Below the pieces are notes generated by a model. That model was not told the origin of the DNA. It did not search any database and was given only the letters and a program-made list of their open reading frames with translations. Below, one piece after another: positions 28,325 to 41,727 of a DNA stretch of 64,000 bases. Origin of the DNA: Eledone cirrhosa (taxonomy: Eukaryota); NCBI GenBank assembly GCA_964016885.1, contig OZ024743.1, positions 256,122,001-256,186,000 on the forward strand, in the 5' to 3' direction. How positions within the stretch are numbered: the stretch's first letter is position 1; every line of letters starts with the position of its first letter. The translations under genes and the position numbers were made by a program.

Positions 28325-28539
28325 TATATGCTGAAGACAGGGATTTCGTGACTCTGATGATCGCCAACAGCATGAGATAGACTGTTAACTTCTTTCGCTT
28401 CTTTCGCTGAAAAGAAGTAAGTGACATACTTTAAAACTGATAGTGTATGGTCTTCAAAATGTTTTTAATTAAACATACGGTGTATTGCCAAATATACTAT
28501 ACATACATTCATGTATACATCGCTATTTCAGAGCACAAT

Positions 28540-28543
<4 letters not shown>
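28325..28543 (+). mobile_element. Family B HHR repeat monomer fragment
   Basis: CTGATGA-tcgccaacagcat-GAGA-tagactg-TT (GAAA mutated). Reverse-complement homolog of 3201-3680. Confidence 0.75.
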
Positions 28544-28626
<83 letters not shown>

Positions 28627-29954
28627 CATGGGAGGATTTGATTGCAGAATGTAAAAGGCCATAATTGTATGCTGCAAAACATGTTTAGCAATAATTCATA
28701 ATTGCAATGATAATACTGACAATAATATTCGTTTCTGAGATATATATATATATGATATATGTACACATGCTTTACACATATATACACACACGCACACATA
28801 TATATATAATTATATGATTTATGAAATAGTTGATAAATCATATAAACAACATACCAGAGTTCCATTAGTAATACTAACATGTGCATCCAACCCCACAGCT
28901 TAGTTTCACTACAGAGCCTTGTCCCCCCCCCCCCTCAACACATTAGGCCCTCGCATAGAGATGTCATCTGAAATTTGTGTTCAAATTCTAATATACATCA
29001 CATTTCATTGCATTCAGCTGATATGTGCAGCAAATCAAGCACAAGTATAATTACATCGTACAGAAAATATTGATGTTATTGAAGCCCACACCTATACAAG
29101 TTTAAATTGCCTCTTATGACATTGTATCTTATAAGAGATTTCTCAAGAGCTTTAATGATAGGGAACTCCAGTTGTATCATTTTAAAGAAGATGCTTCAAA
29201 TTCCTTCAACTTTGGTGAATACAACCTTGGCCAGGAATTGATATCATCAAATATCGCATGTTCAATGAATGTTTTGACCCTAAATTGTAACACACTTCTG
29301 TTGATGTGTCAGCACTGGTAACCAAATCTCTGCCCTTATTATGATGTCACAGGAGAACAATTGTATTTACCACTAAAATCAATTTAAAAAAAAATATTTT
29401 TGGGGATCATAGCAATGGATGTATGAGGTTGATAAATGAAGCATCAGTCCAAGGCAGAATTGTTGGTGTCATGTTAAATGTCTTGCAGGGTTTGTTCCAG
29501 CCCTCCACACCCTCAGTTCAGTTACTGCTAAGATCAACCTTGCTTTTCATCTCATGATAATAAAGTATTATCCTATGGTAATGGATTGGTAGAATCATTA
29601 AAGTGTCAGATGTGCCTACTCGTATCTGTTTTGGTGCCAAGTTGTATCAAAATTTGCCTCTCCCTAGGACAATATCTGTTGTGTGGATAGGGGAGATCTG
29701 CAGGCATGGGCAACTAGTAATCTTCCAAAAACCTCTTTGCTCAGGCTTACACTTAGGAGTGGAATTTTCCAGAGGCAAAGCCACAGAAAGATATGACTAT
29801 AAAATTGTGTGTATGCATGTTTGTATCTTTGTTTATGTCTATAAAAACCAGCATTGGTTGTTTACAATCTGTAACGTAGCATTTCAACAAATAATGATTG
29901 ATTAAATTAGTACCTGATTCATAAAATACGTACTGATGTCAATATGAACAATTG

Positions 29955-30430
29955 AAATCCTTTGAAAATGATGTCTCCGGCATGGCTGCAGTTCAATGAC
30001 TGATATTGATGCCCCAGCATGGCAGCTATCCTATGAATGATAGTAACTCCCCCCAGCATACCTGCAGTCTAATCAATGAAAGTGATGTGCCAAGCGTGGC
30101 TACAGTCAAATTAATAAAAGTGATGCCTCCAGCATGGCTGCAGTTCAATGACGGACAGTGATGCACCCAGCATAGCTGCTCTCCAATGAATGAAAGGAAT
30201 AACCACAGCATGGCTGCAGTCCAATAACTGATTGGGATGTCGCCAGCATGGCAGCAGTCCAATGAATGAAATGATGAAAATGATGCACCCAGCATGGCTG
30301 TAATCAAATGACTGAAAGTGATGCCCCCAGTATGGTTGTAACCGACTGAAAGTGATGCCCTCAGTATGGATGTAGTCAAATGACTAAAAGCAATAAATAA
30401 AATAAAAAATGAATAAAAGAATACAAAAAT
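29955..30430 (+). repeat. ~40-bp minisatellite (~11 diverged units) ending in an (aataaaa) tail
   Basis: Unit tgatgccccagcatggctgcagt(t/c)caatgactgaaag. Probably tandem expansion of a SINE 3' end (inference). Confidence 0.85.
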
Positions 30431-30685
30431 AGAATAATTATTCCAAGTATACTAATCAGATATGTTATCTAATTTTTAGATAACACACAATAACATGTGT
30501 TCTTTTTATAGTCAGATGCAATAACAATACTGATGGTGGTTTTATAAACATTATACAAACTATACAAAAAGAACTATCTCTTAATATTTTGCATATCAAT
30601 TTGTCACTATAAATTCAATAGAAATCAATAAAAATCTGGCAAATATGTTGATTTTTATAATACATATATATACACACACACACAC

Positions 30686-30726
<41 letters not shown>

Positions 30727-30956
30727 TTATGCTGACCAGGACTACCATGTTACTTGTTTTTTTCCTTTCTTTGGTTTGCTTTTATCCTTCTATGTTGTTC
30801 ACTTGTCCCCCTCGCTTTACGCGATTTACTGGTCCCAATAACTTTTTTTAGTTATTGCTCGCACCAACCTGAGGTATATGATTTTTAATGCGATGAAATA
30901 CCAATGATGGTATTTCAAAATATTTGAAAATATTAAGAATTTGTAGGGATATAGTA

Positions 30957-31503
30957 ATCATCATCATCTTCGTTTAATATTCATCTTCCACGCTAGCATG
31001 GGTTAGACGGGAGTTGTCCCACTTGAAGCAAGGCTGGTCGGGTGACCGAGTCTCGCTCATATAGGACTATCTGGCAGGTTTTCTACGGCTGGATGCCCTT
31101 CCTAACACCAACCACATTTACAGTGTGGAACTGGGAACTTTTTCCCGTGTTACCTACACGGCCACATTACAGCGTGGACTGTGTGTGTTTTTTTTTATGT
31201 TGTGACACCTACACGATCTCGATCTTATCTCATTTATTTGGACTGAATGTTGTGGTACCAACTTTACAGAGAGAGGGTGGTGTTGGTGGGAGTGGGAGGA
31301 TAGAGTAGGGGTAGTGGATTGGGGTGTATATTTGGTTGAGAGGTGCCTACTGACTGTAGGCGGGTCTCGCCAAGGATCTCGGTCCAGTGACATTGTCTTA
31401 GAGAGGTGCAAGTGTGTAAGGTCGGAATTTATCAAATCCTCCTAGGATTTTCTGGTTCTACCTACTCCGTAACTTCCATCAATTTTGATGGCCCTGCATT
31501 TTT
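30957..31503 (-). mobile_element. 3' fragment of the RTE subfamily seen at 41728
   Basis: KCRAIKIDGS...INSDLTHLHLSKTMSLDRD plus the same long 3' UTR and (tga)n tail. Confidence 0.9.
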
Positions 31504-31914
31504 TTGCAGGTGTTGAAACTTTGCCTTTAATTCTTCCAGGGACAATAAAATAGATCACTAGTAAAGTACTAGGCTTGGTGTAATCAAATTTCCCCTTGTA
31601 TCTATAGAAATAAATATTAAGTTGGTGTTTGGAACCAAATTTAACAAAGCTACAATAATGTTGTTTCATAGCATTAGATTGTTTTGTACATTAGATCTGC
31701 TACAAACTTGTAAATTTCCAGATGGTATTACTGGTACCAGATCTTGTGCTTAGATAGATAATAATACAGCAGTCTAAAATTAGAAGTGAAGAGAGTATTT
31801 AATTTTAGAGTCATGATTGTTGATAGTAATTATAGTATATAGTAAATATATATCATATAAGAAAATTAGCTTGTATGTGCATGAAGTTATTCGCGATGTT
31901 AACATATATATATA

Positions 31915-31955
<41 letters not shown>

Positions 31956-32236
31956 GGATATATGAGAGGGTTGAACACAGATATAAGTATACATGTGTTC
32001 CAATTGCAAATGACCAAGTTAGCTAGGTTGAAAAATACTAATTTAAAATAATATGGTTTGCCTGACTCGATTTAATGTAAAAATCAATAAAAATAACAAA
32101 CCTATATATGTATGTATGTATATATACATATATATATATATATACATACATGTCACGATAAATTAACGGAGCCATAGACTCTCATTATTCCCTGTCAATA
32201 ATGTGCTCAAAGGAAAAGGAATCCTGAGCTCTTTAA

Positions 32237-32880
32237 AATACAATATGTTGAAAAGGTAACACTAGAGAGAGAAAGTGTGCCATCAATAAAACAGGGAAAA
32301 CTACCAGTGTATGGAATCTATACTCTATGGAAGGAAGGGTAGACACACAATAATTAAAAATATGAATTAAAATGTATATACGCACCTCTATAACTATATA
32401 ACACACGCGTACAAATCCAAAGAGATCTGTTTCGCCAAGACGTAGTTGACTGAAATGGAATAGCTTATGGGTCATCAGCGCGTGCAAGACTATACATTCC
32501 AGACAATTCTAAGAGAATCTAAAGTGACCGTCCAGCTAAACGCAGCAGCGAGATGTCACAGCATGTTCAGGGCAGTGAACCAGTGGTGGTGTCTGAGGGA
32601 CGAGCTGCTAGAAAGAGTAGCCCAAAAACCACTCAAAGTGTGCTCAACCAAACAGAGAGAGAGGAAAGACTGTTATATGGACGGAACAGATCTCTTTGGA
32701 TTTGTACGCGTGTGTTATATAGTTATAGAGGTGCATATATACATTTTAATTTATATTTTTTAATTATCGTGTGTCTACCCTGCCTTCCATAGAGTATAGG
32801 TTCCCTACACTGGTGGTTTTCCCTGTTTTATTGATGGCACACTTTCTCTCTCTAGTGTTACCTTTTCAACATATTGTATT
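32237..32880. mobile_element. Element with ~198-bp inverted arms and an HHR (Penelope-type inverted pLTR structure)
   Basis: 32237-32434 is the reverse complement of 32682-32880, with a 247-bp spacer. The HHR spans the left arm/spacer junction. Confidence 0.85.
32402..32486 (-). ncRNA. Type I hammerhead ribozyme with full stem III
   Basis: tgcacgcg-CTGATGA-ccca...tggc-GAAA-cagatc(tctttg)gatttg-TA-cgcgtgtg. Stem I 8 bp, GUA triplet, C.C mismatch at 10.1/11.1. Confidence 0.85.
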
Positions 32881-33739
32881 ATATACATACATATATATAT
32901 ATACACATATATATATAGATCTATATGCATGTGTAAATTTGTAACTCATGAGTTTGTATGTGAAACGCATTTTTTTTTAGGAATTTATAAATCCATGTTG
33001 AAGTGTCGACATTGCAGCAATCAATGATGCAGTCAAAATAAAAAAAAAAAAGAAAGGAATAGGACATTTCAACATCAGCAAATATTTGTGCTTTACTTCT
33101 GTGAAATGATATATATATATATACATATGCATATGCATGTGTGTGTAATATATGAATGTGTGCCTCTACTTTTTATGGTGTTTCCTTAAACCGAATATAT
33201 ACGAATGTGTATATATATATTTACACACACACATATAGACCTATATAATTTTCATAAAAATTTCATGATATCCACTTCAACAAAAATTTCATCTGATACC
33301 AAATATAATTTCAGTGCTAACTGATAATAATAAGTTTTGACAAGAAAAACTCTTTAGGTTTTTTTAATGCCAAAAATAGCATCTCAGAAAACATCTTGTT
33401 CTCAATACTGGTTTTGCCAAAAGGAATCAGCACAAAGACTTTATATTGATCATGCTATTTATTCTGAAATTTATTGTTTCTATGTTTGTTTTTTGTTTTT
33501 TTATTAACAGAATAATTGTTTTCAAACAAATGTAACAAGTCTTTTTTTAACATGATAATATATATATGTGTGTGTGTATGTGTTTGTGTGTCTCTGTGTA
33601 TATATATATATACATATAAATATATATACATATATATGTATGTATTTATATATACATATACAAACACACATACATATATTTATACATATATATGTGTGTG
33701 TATATAAATCTCTCTCTATATATATACATATATATATTC

Positions 33740-33913
33740 TTGACAGGTTTTCGTAAACTATATTGGGTCTATTTGAAAGTAAGTCAAACCCCATGCTGGT
33801 GTGAATTCTTTGAAGTTCTATAATTTGGTTGAATGAAATCTCTCTTATTTTTGCTGAAATAGCAAAGTTTAATAGTGTGTGGTAATCTGAGTGAGATATC
33901 ATTGATACTAATT
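33740..33913 (-). pseudogene. Putative exon of the decayed minus-strand gene
   Basis: Long polypyrimidine acceptor ...ccttctcactttag, then ~57 open codons LVSMISHSDYHTLLNFAISAKIREISFNQ... Donor unclear. Confidence 0.4.
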
Positions 33914-34873
33914 CTAAAGTGAGAAGGAGTGAGAGAGAGAAAAAGAAAGATAATATTTAACCCTTTTGTTCCGCAAAGGCATGAACTTGCTCATGGTTTT
34001 ACTAAACTAATGTATATTTTAAAGTCTTTTTATCTAAAAGCCTTTCATCAAAATTTTACATAAAAATACTTTGTGAAGATATGCTCCAAATAACAGAATA
34101 ATAGTGAGAATTCCCTTCAAATTCTTTATTTTTAGAGATGATGTAAAAATTATCAGTATTGACTGTCAATAGAAATAAGGTAAGAAAAGAGTTAATAAAT
34201 GTTTAGCTGCATGCTGTTTTCAGATAATATAATTTTAAAGGCATTTGTATGACTTATGGGACCATGGATCTTTACCTCAAAAGTTTCTTCTATAATACAA
34301 TGGTTTAGCAAGGGCTCACAGCCCCCCAGAGACAAAAATTGATCTCCCCACCCCAAACCACCTTACTTAACAAGCAGAATAGTCCTTCAAGGACCCAAGT
34401 TGCCTATATTTCTATCAGGGACAGGTTTGGACAAGTATTTTTTAATGGAATACTAACAGTTGTCCATTCAGCAAGTCTCCCTTCACTACACCAAACATGT
34501 TGTCCCAGCTAAAAGCAAAGATCAACTTGGCACCATTGTTGTCGCAAGTGAATTCAGAATATAAATGAACCAGAAAAAGCAGCTGAAGACACTTTGTCCA
34601 AAGCTTTAACAATTCCACCAAACCATTGTCCAAGTGGGGTACTTTATTTTATCAACTACTCGATTGATGACAAAGTTGACTTCTTCAAAATTAGATTACA
34701 AAATGTAAGGAGCTGGAATAAAGTTCACAAGACATTCTGTCAAAGCTATATCAAATCCAAAAAATAAAGTACCAATGCCCCAGAATGGTACTTTATTTTA
34801 TCAACCCTGAGAAGTTAACAAAATTGATCTCATTGAAATCTAGTTAGTTAGAAAATGTAAAGAGCCAGAACCA

Positions 34874-36121
34874 TGCAGGCAGGCTAAAAGGTTCATAGGC
34901 TAACTATGAAGGAGTGATGCTGTGTAATCTTGAAATCCTGCACACATTAATTTCAACTCTTCATATAGATAACTGCATTGTTTCTTTCCAGGCAAAATAA
35001 CATCTCACTATTCAAAGAAAACTTTATATGTAACTAGTAGTGACCTCTCTTGAAAATGGACAAAATTTGGTATCGTGGTGTTACCAAGTACCTGCAGAAA
35101 AAAGGTTTTTGACCACAAGGACATTCATATTGACAAAGTTGCTGCATTAGAGGATAAGGCTCCAGGTTTATCAACAGTGCAAAAAATGAGCAGCTGAATT
35201 TAGGAGGGGATGAGCAAGTTTTGAAGATGACCAAAGGTCTGGACATCCTGCAACTGCCGCCACTGAGGAAAACATTGATCATGTTCACCACATTTTAATG
35301 GATGACAGGCACTTGACTACACATCAAATAGCCAAATCTATTAGCATATCCTGTGAGAGAGTTGAGAATAACATGCACAATGAACTTGGCATAACAAAGG
35401 TTTCTGCTCAGTAAGTGCCATGTATTCTGACACCTGATCAAAAGCGCCTGAGTCTAATCACATCACGGAAAAATCTGACATAGTTTGAGCCAGATCAAAC
35501 TGGCTTCTGACCCTAGGATGAATGTTGGGTTCATCCTTTTGACCCAGAGACAAAGAGATACTTCATGCAGTAGAAACATGCCTCCTCACCTGCTTCAAAG
35601 AAGACCAGGTTCGTTTCATCTACAAGGAAATTGATGGCCTCAGTGTTTTGGGATACAAAAGGCATTGTCTTTATTGACTATCTTCAAAAGATCTACACCA
35701 TCAATGGAGCGTACTATGCCAATTTGCTGAGGCAGTAACAAAAGGCTATCAAGACCAGACTCCCAGGAAAACTGAAGAAAGTGGTCTTATTTATTCAGTA
35801 CAAAGCTCCAGCACACAGGTCATTGGTTTCAATTGCTCCTGAGGCTTCGAATTGGTTGATAGCCCTTCCTATCCTTCAGATTTGGCCACATCTGACTCAT
35901 CTGCTCCCCAACATGAAAACATATCTGCTGTTGACTTTTCAACAGGATGAAAGCTTCTTCACCAATGACTTTTCAACAGGATGAAAGCTTCTTTGCAATG
36001 CAACACCAATTGATGAGGTGTGTGATTCGCAAGGTGGACTATGTTGACATATAAAACCCATTTGGTCACATTCCATGAGAGTATCTTGGTCAGCTTATGA
36101 AAATTTCAACTGACCCTTGTA
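34874..36121 (+). mobile_element. Degraded mariner (Tc1/mariner) DNA transposon
   Basis: Degenerate TIRs (aaaggttcataggctaac / gtcagcttatgaaaatttc...ccttgta). Broken transposase from ATG 35056: MDKIWYRGV, SAQ*VP (WVP), DECWVH, KLMASVFWD, SDLATSD (YSPDLAPSD). Confidence 0.9.
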
Positions 36122-36555
36122 TACCATATGGCACTTCTCTAGACTCTATAATGATGCTGTCAAATTACCGATAATATATAAGTAACTTAATAGTACACAG
36201 GTATGGCTAACAAAAATAACAATATGAAGGCAGAGGAAGAGGTTGTAGGAATCATTACAGTTAATATCAATTCAAACTGAGAGTTACATCCTCCTAGTTT
36301 AGTCAGACAACCATATCGCCCTCGTACATTTTTATGTGTGGTGTACTTTCTCTGGTTGGAAAACATTCCTAACATTGACCACATTACAAAGTGTACAGGG
36401 TATGTTTTATTAAGGCATCTACACTACAGAGGTTAGCAAAGCCTTGACAAGACTTTACCAAGCTCTTTACATGCCAACACAAGAGCAAGAATGATGGGGT
36501 CATTCTACTGAGGCTGTTTGCATAATTGGAAATGAATCGAATATTATTAGATTAC

Positions 36556-36599
<44 letters not shown>

Positions 36600-36660
36600 G
36601 AAAATATATATATATATATATATATAAATGAAAATATATATATATATATATATATAAATG

Positions 36661-36709
<49 letters not shown>

Positions 36710-36835
36710 TATTGGTAAACGGAATAGAAAATGCTGACAAATTGTTCACAGTTGAAAAATGGTTTAATTAGGAATAAAAGAGTATTAGTGATTGTATGGG
36801 TTAGTATTCAGTTGTGGTTTTAAGTTTTTAAGGTA

Positions 36836-36842
36836 TCTACCG

Positions 36843-36896
<54 letters not shown>

Positions 36897-39800
36897 CGGT
36901 AGATGTCTGTCTGTGTGTGTGTATGATTTTTATGCATTTCCACATTTCTCTACCGATTTTGATGAATATTTTTCCAATCTGCTCCAAATTTACTAGGGCA
37001 GGTCAACATTAATTATTTTTGCCAAAAGTGTCCTGCTTCTATGAAAACAAATAGAGAAACCTAAATACATGCTGTAACCCTCTCTCTTACACGCTTCATT
37101 CCTCTCACTACCACCATAAAAAATATATGAAACTACGTACATGTTGCAACTCTCTTTAAAAGGTTCATATTTTTCTCTACTCCACTCCCAATCTCCTCTT
37201 CAACTCTCTTTAAAAGGTTCATCACTCTCTCTCTACTCCCCCCTCAATCTCCTCTGCAACTCTCTTTAAAAGGTTACTGCCTCCGTCTACTACCTTTTAC
37301 AGTTTAGAACAACAAAACTTCTTTTGAAGGAACGCGACACAAACTTTGAAACCTAAGCACCACAACAACCATAGCTTTACTCTCTCCGTCGCTCTTCCCT
37401 CTCTCTACAATAGATTATTCCCCCTCTCTACAGTCATAACAACACTCATAAATCAAATATCAAAATTTAAAAAGCCGATAGCACTAAATACATACTGCTC
37501 TCTCAACGTTACATTTTACATCAAATAACACATATTCAAAAGCAACAGATGAATTTATAAAACAACAAACGTAACAATAACGACCTCTCTATAATTTAAC
37601 TGCTTTACTCTCTGTCGCTCTTCACTCCCTATATGACAACACTGCAGTGGAGCGTTCCGTATTGAGCGTTCCATATAGGCATACGGCTTATCTGGGGCAT
37701 TTCAATCGGCTTATTGCAAATAACAACCCGCAAAATAACACTTCATATAACAGATTAATGCTATAGACATATGAATTGGAATGTAACCCGTGAACTTTTT
37801 CCTGGGCAAAATTATTCGAACAGACATGACCTCATTGCCAGAGTGTTCAGACTGAAACTGGCTAAACTCATGGCTTTAATAAAAAAGGGCAGGTATTTGG
37901 GGCTGTAAAATGTGACATGTTCACCGTCGAATGCCAAAAACGAGGGCTGCCACATGCTCACATTTTGATTTGGTTAGCTGATAAAATCAATTCAAATGCC
38001 ATAGACAGCTTCATTTCGGCTGAAATCCCTAACCCAGCAACTGACCAGGAATTACATGATATCGTCAAAGCTAACATGGTCCGTGTGCGTCGGGTCCTAA
38101 TGGGCATCACGTGTCTGAAAGGGGGATCGTGCAGTAAGGGATACCCCAAAAAATTTGTTGACGAGACTCAGACTGGTGGCGATGGGTACCCCCTGTACAG
38201 GCGGAGATGGCCCGAGAACGGTGGCTTCACCATAACAGTAAAGGGAGTTCAAGTCGACAATAGATGGGTGGTCCCTTACTGCTCGCTTCTCTTGAAGATG
38301 TTCAACGCCCACATCAACGTTGAGTTTTGCAGCTTCGTCAAGTCTATAAAATGCATATGCAAATATGTAAATAAGGGTTCTGATGAGGTCACAGAATACC
38401 TGGCGGGGCGGTACATCAGTAGCAATGAAGCTTTTTGGCGCCTATTTGGTTTCCCCCTACACCAACAGCACCCCGCCATCGTACAGCTTGCGGTACATTT
38501 GGAAAATGCGCAAAGGGTTTACTTTACGGACCAAACCGCCGCCAAGCTGGCCGCTGATCCGAAAGAGACCACTCTGACAGGTTTCTTCAAACATTGCCAG
38601 TTCGATACATTTACGCAAACAATTGTGTACCCCCGGGTCAAGTAGAGAGACTTCATGTCTGAGGATTTTCTGCGCCTGGCTCATCTGCAGTATCCTTCAG
38701 TGGAAGTTGATTACAGCGGCATTATCTACAACAGGGCACTCATTGATATCGAGGACGCCCTCCTCGACATGGGTGGGAGTGAGTTGGCGACGTATGGCTT
38801 GCCGTCAACCGTCACAGATGAAGCTAACACGTTGGCCCCGGATTTGTTGCGGGAAACAGCATATGACATCGAATCTCTTTCCCAATACTTAGAGGAAAAT
38901 GAGCCCAAACATCTGTCGGACGAAAGGTTGGCCTATTTAACTATCATTGACGCGGTTCAAAATCAGACTGAGGGTATTTACTTTCACGATGCTCCTGGGG
39001 GTACCGGAAAAACTTTTGTAACAAAATTGATTCGTCAGGAGAAAAAAATTGTGTTGGCTGTTGCATCGTCCGGGATTGCTGCTACTTTGCTGCGGAGAGG
39101 CAGGACAGCACATTCAACCTTTAAACTCCCCTTGGATTTAGTAAAAACTGAGACACCAACATGCAATATCAGCAAGAGTTCACACGAAGCTCTGGTTCTC
39201 AACAAATGTTGCCTCATTGTTTGGGATTAGTGCACAATGGCACAAAGGGTGCCCTTGAGGAATTGGACAGGACCCTGAAAGACATTAGGGATTCTACAGC
39301 TCTTATGGGTGGCGTAACCCTTCTGCTATCAGGGGATTTTCGGCAAACGCTGCCTGTCATCCCAAAAAGGGACAAGAGCTGATGAAGTGCATGCCTGCCT
39401 TAAGTCGTCCACGTTGTGGCCCCAGGTGAAGAGTGTGTACCTGAGCACAAATATGCGTGCTCATTTGCACGGTGACAACATATCTGCAGCATTTGCTCAG
39501 AACATTTTAGCACTTGATGAGGGCAAGGTCCCTGCAGATGACAAGGGCGGCATACCAATCGACTCCCTGTGCAACATTGTGAGCAGCCCTTCTGACATTT
39601 GGGAGGCAGGTTTTCCTAATGTCTCATCTAACTTTAAAAACTTCGATTGGCTCAGCGAAAGAGCCATCCTTGCTCCGAAAAATGCCATCGTTAATTTTAT
39701 TAACGAGCAGCTGATTGAGAAAATTCCCGGTAAAGAGCACATCTTCAAATCTATCGACCGGACGTCAGACCCCGACGATATCGTTAATTATCCAGTTGAG

Positions 39801-40583
39801 TTATTAAATTCCCTTGAGCATCCAGGGCTCCCACCTCACATTCTTAAGCTTAGGGTTGGCTGTCTCATTATGCTAATAAGGAACTTGCACCCACCAAAGC
39901 AGTGCAACGCTACTCGCATGGTCGTCAAGTCAATGACGCCCCACTTGATTGAGGCCACCATTGTAATGGGGTGCGAGAGAGGGGAGAATGTTTTCATTCT
40001 AAGGATGAACCTTTTCCCATCGGCGTCAGATATCCCGTTCGATTTCCGGCAATCCCAATTCCCGATGAGACCATGTTTTGCCATGTCCATTAACAAGTCA
40101 CAAAGGCAAACATTGTCGGTGGCGGGCATCCATTTGGGGTAGCCATGCTTCTCCCATGGTCAACTTTGTTGCCTGTTCCCACGTAGGGAGCAGGAATGCA
40201 CTTTTTGCTTACACTCCTCAAGGGATGACACGCAATATCGTCTACAAAGAGGTGCTATGGATGTTGGTGCAGGTGTTGGAGGTGTTGGAGCTATGCCGTC
40301 TGGAAAACTATTTCCTGGCAGGGTCACCCATGGCGGATAGATCTGACACCCAGCGGCATCAGGGCCACCATCTTGCAACTTTGGTCTGTTAAATTCGCTA
40401 TTGGAAGATTATTAACCCATCATTGATTGTCCAAAATGCTAATTGGTTCATAACTTTTAATAACCGGTTCAACTGCTTTATGCACTTACTTGATAAGCTT
40501 ATTCGCTTTCAAGCCACGTTTACCTGTATGTAACTTTTCATAGCAAATGAATGAACCCGAGCAACACCGGGCTAAACTGCTAG
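36836..40583 (+). mobile_element. Helitron, internally deleted, with both termini
   Basis: 5' A|TC at 36836; 3' hairpin cccg...cggg then CTAG|T at 40580-40584. Internal ~52-bp triplicate repeat at 37140-37275. Confidence 0.88.
37780..40260 (+). pseudogene. Helitron Rep/PIF1 helicase, disrupted
   Basis: Rep motif 2 VECQKRGLPHAHIL; motif 3 KSIKCICKYVNKG (first Tyr changed to Cys). Helicase motifs APGGTGKT, ASSGIAA, GRTAHS, IVWD* (stop at Walker B), GDFRQ, FAMSINKSQ, SHGQL. Confidence 0.93.
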
Positions 40584-41249
40584 TATATATATATATATAT
40601 GTACATATGTTTGAATATCATTATTCTGACATTTAAAATAATTAACTATAAAGTATTATTTGTTGTCAAAACAAAATCCACACATTTCTTTAACTTAAGC
40701 AACAGCTTTAGGGTAGATAATTTATAAACAGTGACAACAAAAATTTTTCAAATAAATTCTATTATATTGTATTAAGAGAAAACAGGAAGAATCTATTCAC
40801 AAAAGAAATTTAAAAAAAATTGCCTATTAAGTGTGACTTTAATTTAACAATTCATTATTGTCAAATAAATTTATTTCTGTGTTTGCATACTTTAAAATCC
40901 AGATATCAACAGCTTCATATGACAAACATTTCCCATTGATATAGTTCTAAGCATGTCCAGCTAACCTCATCCAGAGTTGACATTGCACTCAGTGCTCCTT
41001 TGGGAGCCCCTACATGGATACACTAGAAGAGGAAGACCAAGGTTAACGTATGTTGATGCCCTAAGGACAGACACTGGTCTGTTGGAGACGCAGGACATGG
41101 CAGCGATAATGAGGGACAGAGACTGCTGGAGAGAACTCATCCATGGATCTTGGGAATTTTACCCGCCTTAGAATATAGTTTTAAATATTTCACCTAATTT
41201 TTCATAGAGAATAAATAGATGAATATGCGCTTTTATATCATTAATCCCC

Positions 41250-41700
41250 TCTCTTTTTCTCTGGAAGAGTTTAGCTCTGTTCAGACCTCGATGGATGATG
41301 TGTCCAGTAGGTTTCTAAAATTTCCAAGACATGCTGTATGTCAATATGATGCATCTACAACTCTATCAGAAGTTATACATAAATATTAGTAATTCTGTAA
41401 CATGTTTTGTTATGGAACCCATATTTATTCTCAGAATCATGGCAACCCTTTGCAGTTAGCAATTATAACAGCTCCCTGAACTTTATGTATTGCTGTTCTC
41501 ATTCTGGCTACTGTATTTTCAGAACACCCACCTTCACTGCTAATTTGGTCACTCAGAAACTGCCAACTACTTCTACAGAGCCTACAGAGCATTATTTAAT
41601 AGAGCATGTTTTCTGTAAGCTCATGATGGTACTGCTCCTACTACATATAGAAACTACCTTCTTTGTTAGCCAGCCTCAGATCCTGTTACATCTCATGGAC
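41250..41700 (-). mobile_element. Degraded RTE fragment
   Basis: Minus strand reads EVVGSF...QISSEGGCSENTVARMRT...KFREL, matching the other RTE copies. Confidence 0.7.
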
Positions 41701-41727
41701 CCATAATTTACAATTTGAACACAGACA

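Noticed and set aside
29955-30390. CRISPR-like repeat array
   Set aside because: Contiguous diverged units without unique spacers, eukaryotic context, no cas genes.
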